The translations under genes and the position numbers were made by a program. The notes beneath the pieces were generated by a model. The model did not search any database. It saw nothing but the letters and a program-made list of their open reading frames with translations, and was not told the DNA's origin. From assembly GCA_964016885.1 (NCBI GenBank), contig OZ024741.1:95046001-95110000 (forward strand): DNA of 64,000 bases, written 5' to 3'. Below, in pieces: positions 62,122 to 64,000 of this stretch; the first letter of the stretch is position 1; each line of letters begins with the position of its first letter. The stretch is from Eledone cirrhosa. Its lineage: Eukaryota.

Positions 62122-62725
62122 ATTGGCAGTATCGGTAGAGGGTCGGACGCCATGCTTTCCAGCATAGTTATGTCCCTTTACGATCTGAGTTCAAATCCCG
62201 CCGAGGTTGACTTTGCCTTTCATCCTTACGGGGTCGATAAAATAAAGTACCAGTAATGCACTGGGTAATTGCTGGCCTTGTGCCTAAAGTAGAAACAATT
62301 ATTATGGCAGTATTGGTAGAGCGTTGGACACCATGCTTTGCATCATAGAGTTGCGGCCCTTTATGGTCTGAGTTCAAATCACGTCGAGATTAACTTTGCC
62401 TTTCATCCCTATGGGGTTGATAAAATGAAGTATCAGTCATGCATTGGGGTTGATTTAATTGCCTTTCTCCTCACCCTAAAAACTTGCTAGACTTGTGCCT
62501 AAAGTATAAACAATTATTATATTTATACCTTTACTAGGGCGGTGGATTGGCAGTATCGGTAGAGGGTCGGACGCCATGCTTTGACGCATAGTTATGGCTC
62601 TTGCCATTCTGAGTTCAAGTCCCGCCGAGGTTAACTTTGCCTTTCATCCTTATGGGGTCGATAAAATAAAGTACCAGTAATACACTGTGTAATTGCTGGC
62701 CTTGTGCCAAAAGTAGAAACAATTA
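62122..62725 (+). mobile_element. Three head-to-tail Nin/Deu-domain-like SINEs (62122-62303, 62305-62518, 62536-62725)
   Basis: Each has TGGCAGTAT(C/T)GGTAGAG, GAGTTCAA, GCCTTTCATCC...GGGGT(C/T)GATAAAAT and an ATT tail. The last copy has TSD ATTATATTTATACCTTTACT at 62516-62535 and 62722-62741. Confidence 0.92.
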
Positions 62726-63469
62726 TATTTATACCTTTACTGTATAGGATGCAGATAGATTTTGAGATCATTTTTTTGTAAAAGAAGTTAATAGCAACAA
62801 ATAATATTCTAACTGGTTTTGCTAATGAATATTATTATGTGTGTTTTTAGTAAATTTCTTTTTTTGAGTGGGTGGCAGTGGTGGTGATGGTAGGGGCTTG
62901 TAAAAAAAAAAAATTCATTCAGATAAGTAGAGTTGTTGGCATTGTAGTTTAAAAAATATCCTTGAACTTATCAGTGGTTACAAATGTTGGCTGCTCTCAA
63001 ATTAATCTGGCACTTTTTGAATATTCTAATATTAGTTTACATGAAGATTTGAGTAGGCGAAAGGTTATCAGCAAAGAACCCCTACTTAGAAGAAACAATT
63101 GTCATAGTTTCTCTCTACACACAGAAAACATGGGAAATATTCCAGGCTGTTCGGCTGGTCAAAATGAAGGCAAACTATATATATATACAGAGAGAGATGG
63201 AGAGGGGGGGGGGGGGTGCATGGCTGTGTAGTTAAGGAATTCACTTTGCAATCACATGGTTCAAGTTTGATTCCATTGTGCAGTATCTTGGACAAGTTTC
63301 TTGTCTGGGCCTTGTGTGATAATTTGGTAGATGGAAACTGAGGGAGTCAATCATTCATTCATACATTTTATGATAAGGGTGGTCACACACACAGTGTGTC
63401 TAGTCAGTGATCAAAAAGCACCCAGTCCATCCTGTAAGGTGGTAGTGCTTGAGCCATGGTAAAATGATT

Positions 63470-64000
63470 CCAATACACACTGTAAAGTGGTTGGTGTTAG
63501 GAAGGGCATCCAGCCATCGAAACCATGCTCCCAATACACGCTGTAAAGTGGTTGGTGTTAGGAAGGGCATCCAGCCATAGAAACCATGCTCCCAATACAC
63601 ACTGTAAAGTGGTTGGTGTTGGAAAGGGCATCCAACCATAGAAACCATGCTCCCAATACACACTGTAAAGTGGTTGGTGTTGGAAAGGGCATCCAGCCAT
63701 AGAAACTATGCTCCCAATACACGCTGTAAAATGGTTGGTGTTAGGAAGGGCATCCAACCATAGAAACCATGCTCCCAATACACACTGTAAAATGGTTGGT
63801 GTTGGAAAGGGCATCCAGCCATAGAAACCATGCTCCCAATACACGCTGTAAAATGGTTGGTGTTAGGAAGGGCATCCAACCATAGAAACCATGCTCCCAA
63901 TACACACTATAAAGTGGTTGGTGTTGGAAAGGGCATCCAACCATAGAAACCATGCTCCCAATACACACTATAAAGTGGTTGGTGTTGGAAAGGGCATCCA
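63470..64000 (+). repeat. 61-bp tandem repeat derived from the RTE/SINE 3'-UTR hairpin, about 9 copies, runs off the right edge
   Basis: Unit CCAATACACACTGTAAAGTGGTTGGTGTTAGGAAGGGCATCCAGCCATAGAAACCATGCTC. The core matches 27582-27628. Confidence 0.95.

Overview
AT-rich eukaryotic DNA made almost entirely of repeats. I found no host protein-coding exon I can support. The SINE, LINE and MITE repertoire looks like that of a cephalopod mollusc (octopus-like); this is inferred from motif recognition only. Positions 1-12.56 kb are a 37-bp satellite (about 339 units) with 65-unit higher-order duplications. The rest contains: (1) an RTE-clade LINE family in four larger copies plus remnants, whose RT carries a C4HC3 PHD-type finger between RT motifs 6 and 7 and whose 3' UTR carries tandem H-type pseudoknot modules that are shared with a tRNA-derived SINE, plus a hairpin module re-amplified as a 61-bp satellite; (2) many Penelope-like element (PLE) pieces, including a GIY-YIG ORF fragment, at least three complete minimal hammerhead-ribozyme motifs, several partial ones, fold-back inserts in (TA)n tracts, and a non-coding 996-bp partial-tandem element with 418-bp direct repeats (retrozyme-like); (3) Nin/Deu-domain-like SINEs with clear target-site duplications; (4) piggyBac-, Tc1/mariner- and hAT-type MITEs, a 946-bp fold-back with 213-bp arms, a CRE-clade remnant, a Rex3/Expander-like RTE remnant and a 30-bp hairpin minisatellite. 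All alignments and RNA folds were done by eye.
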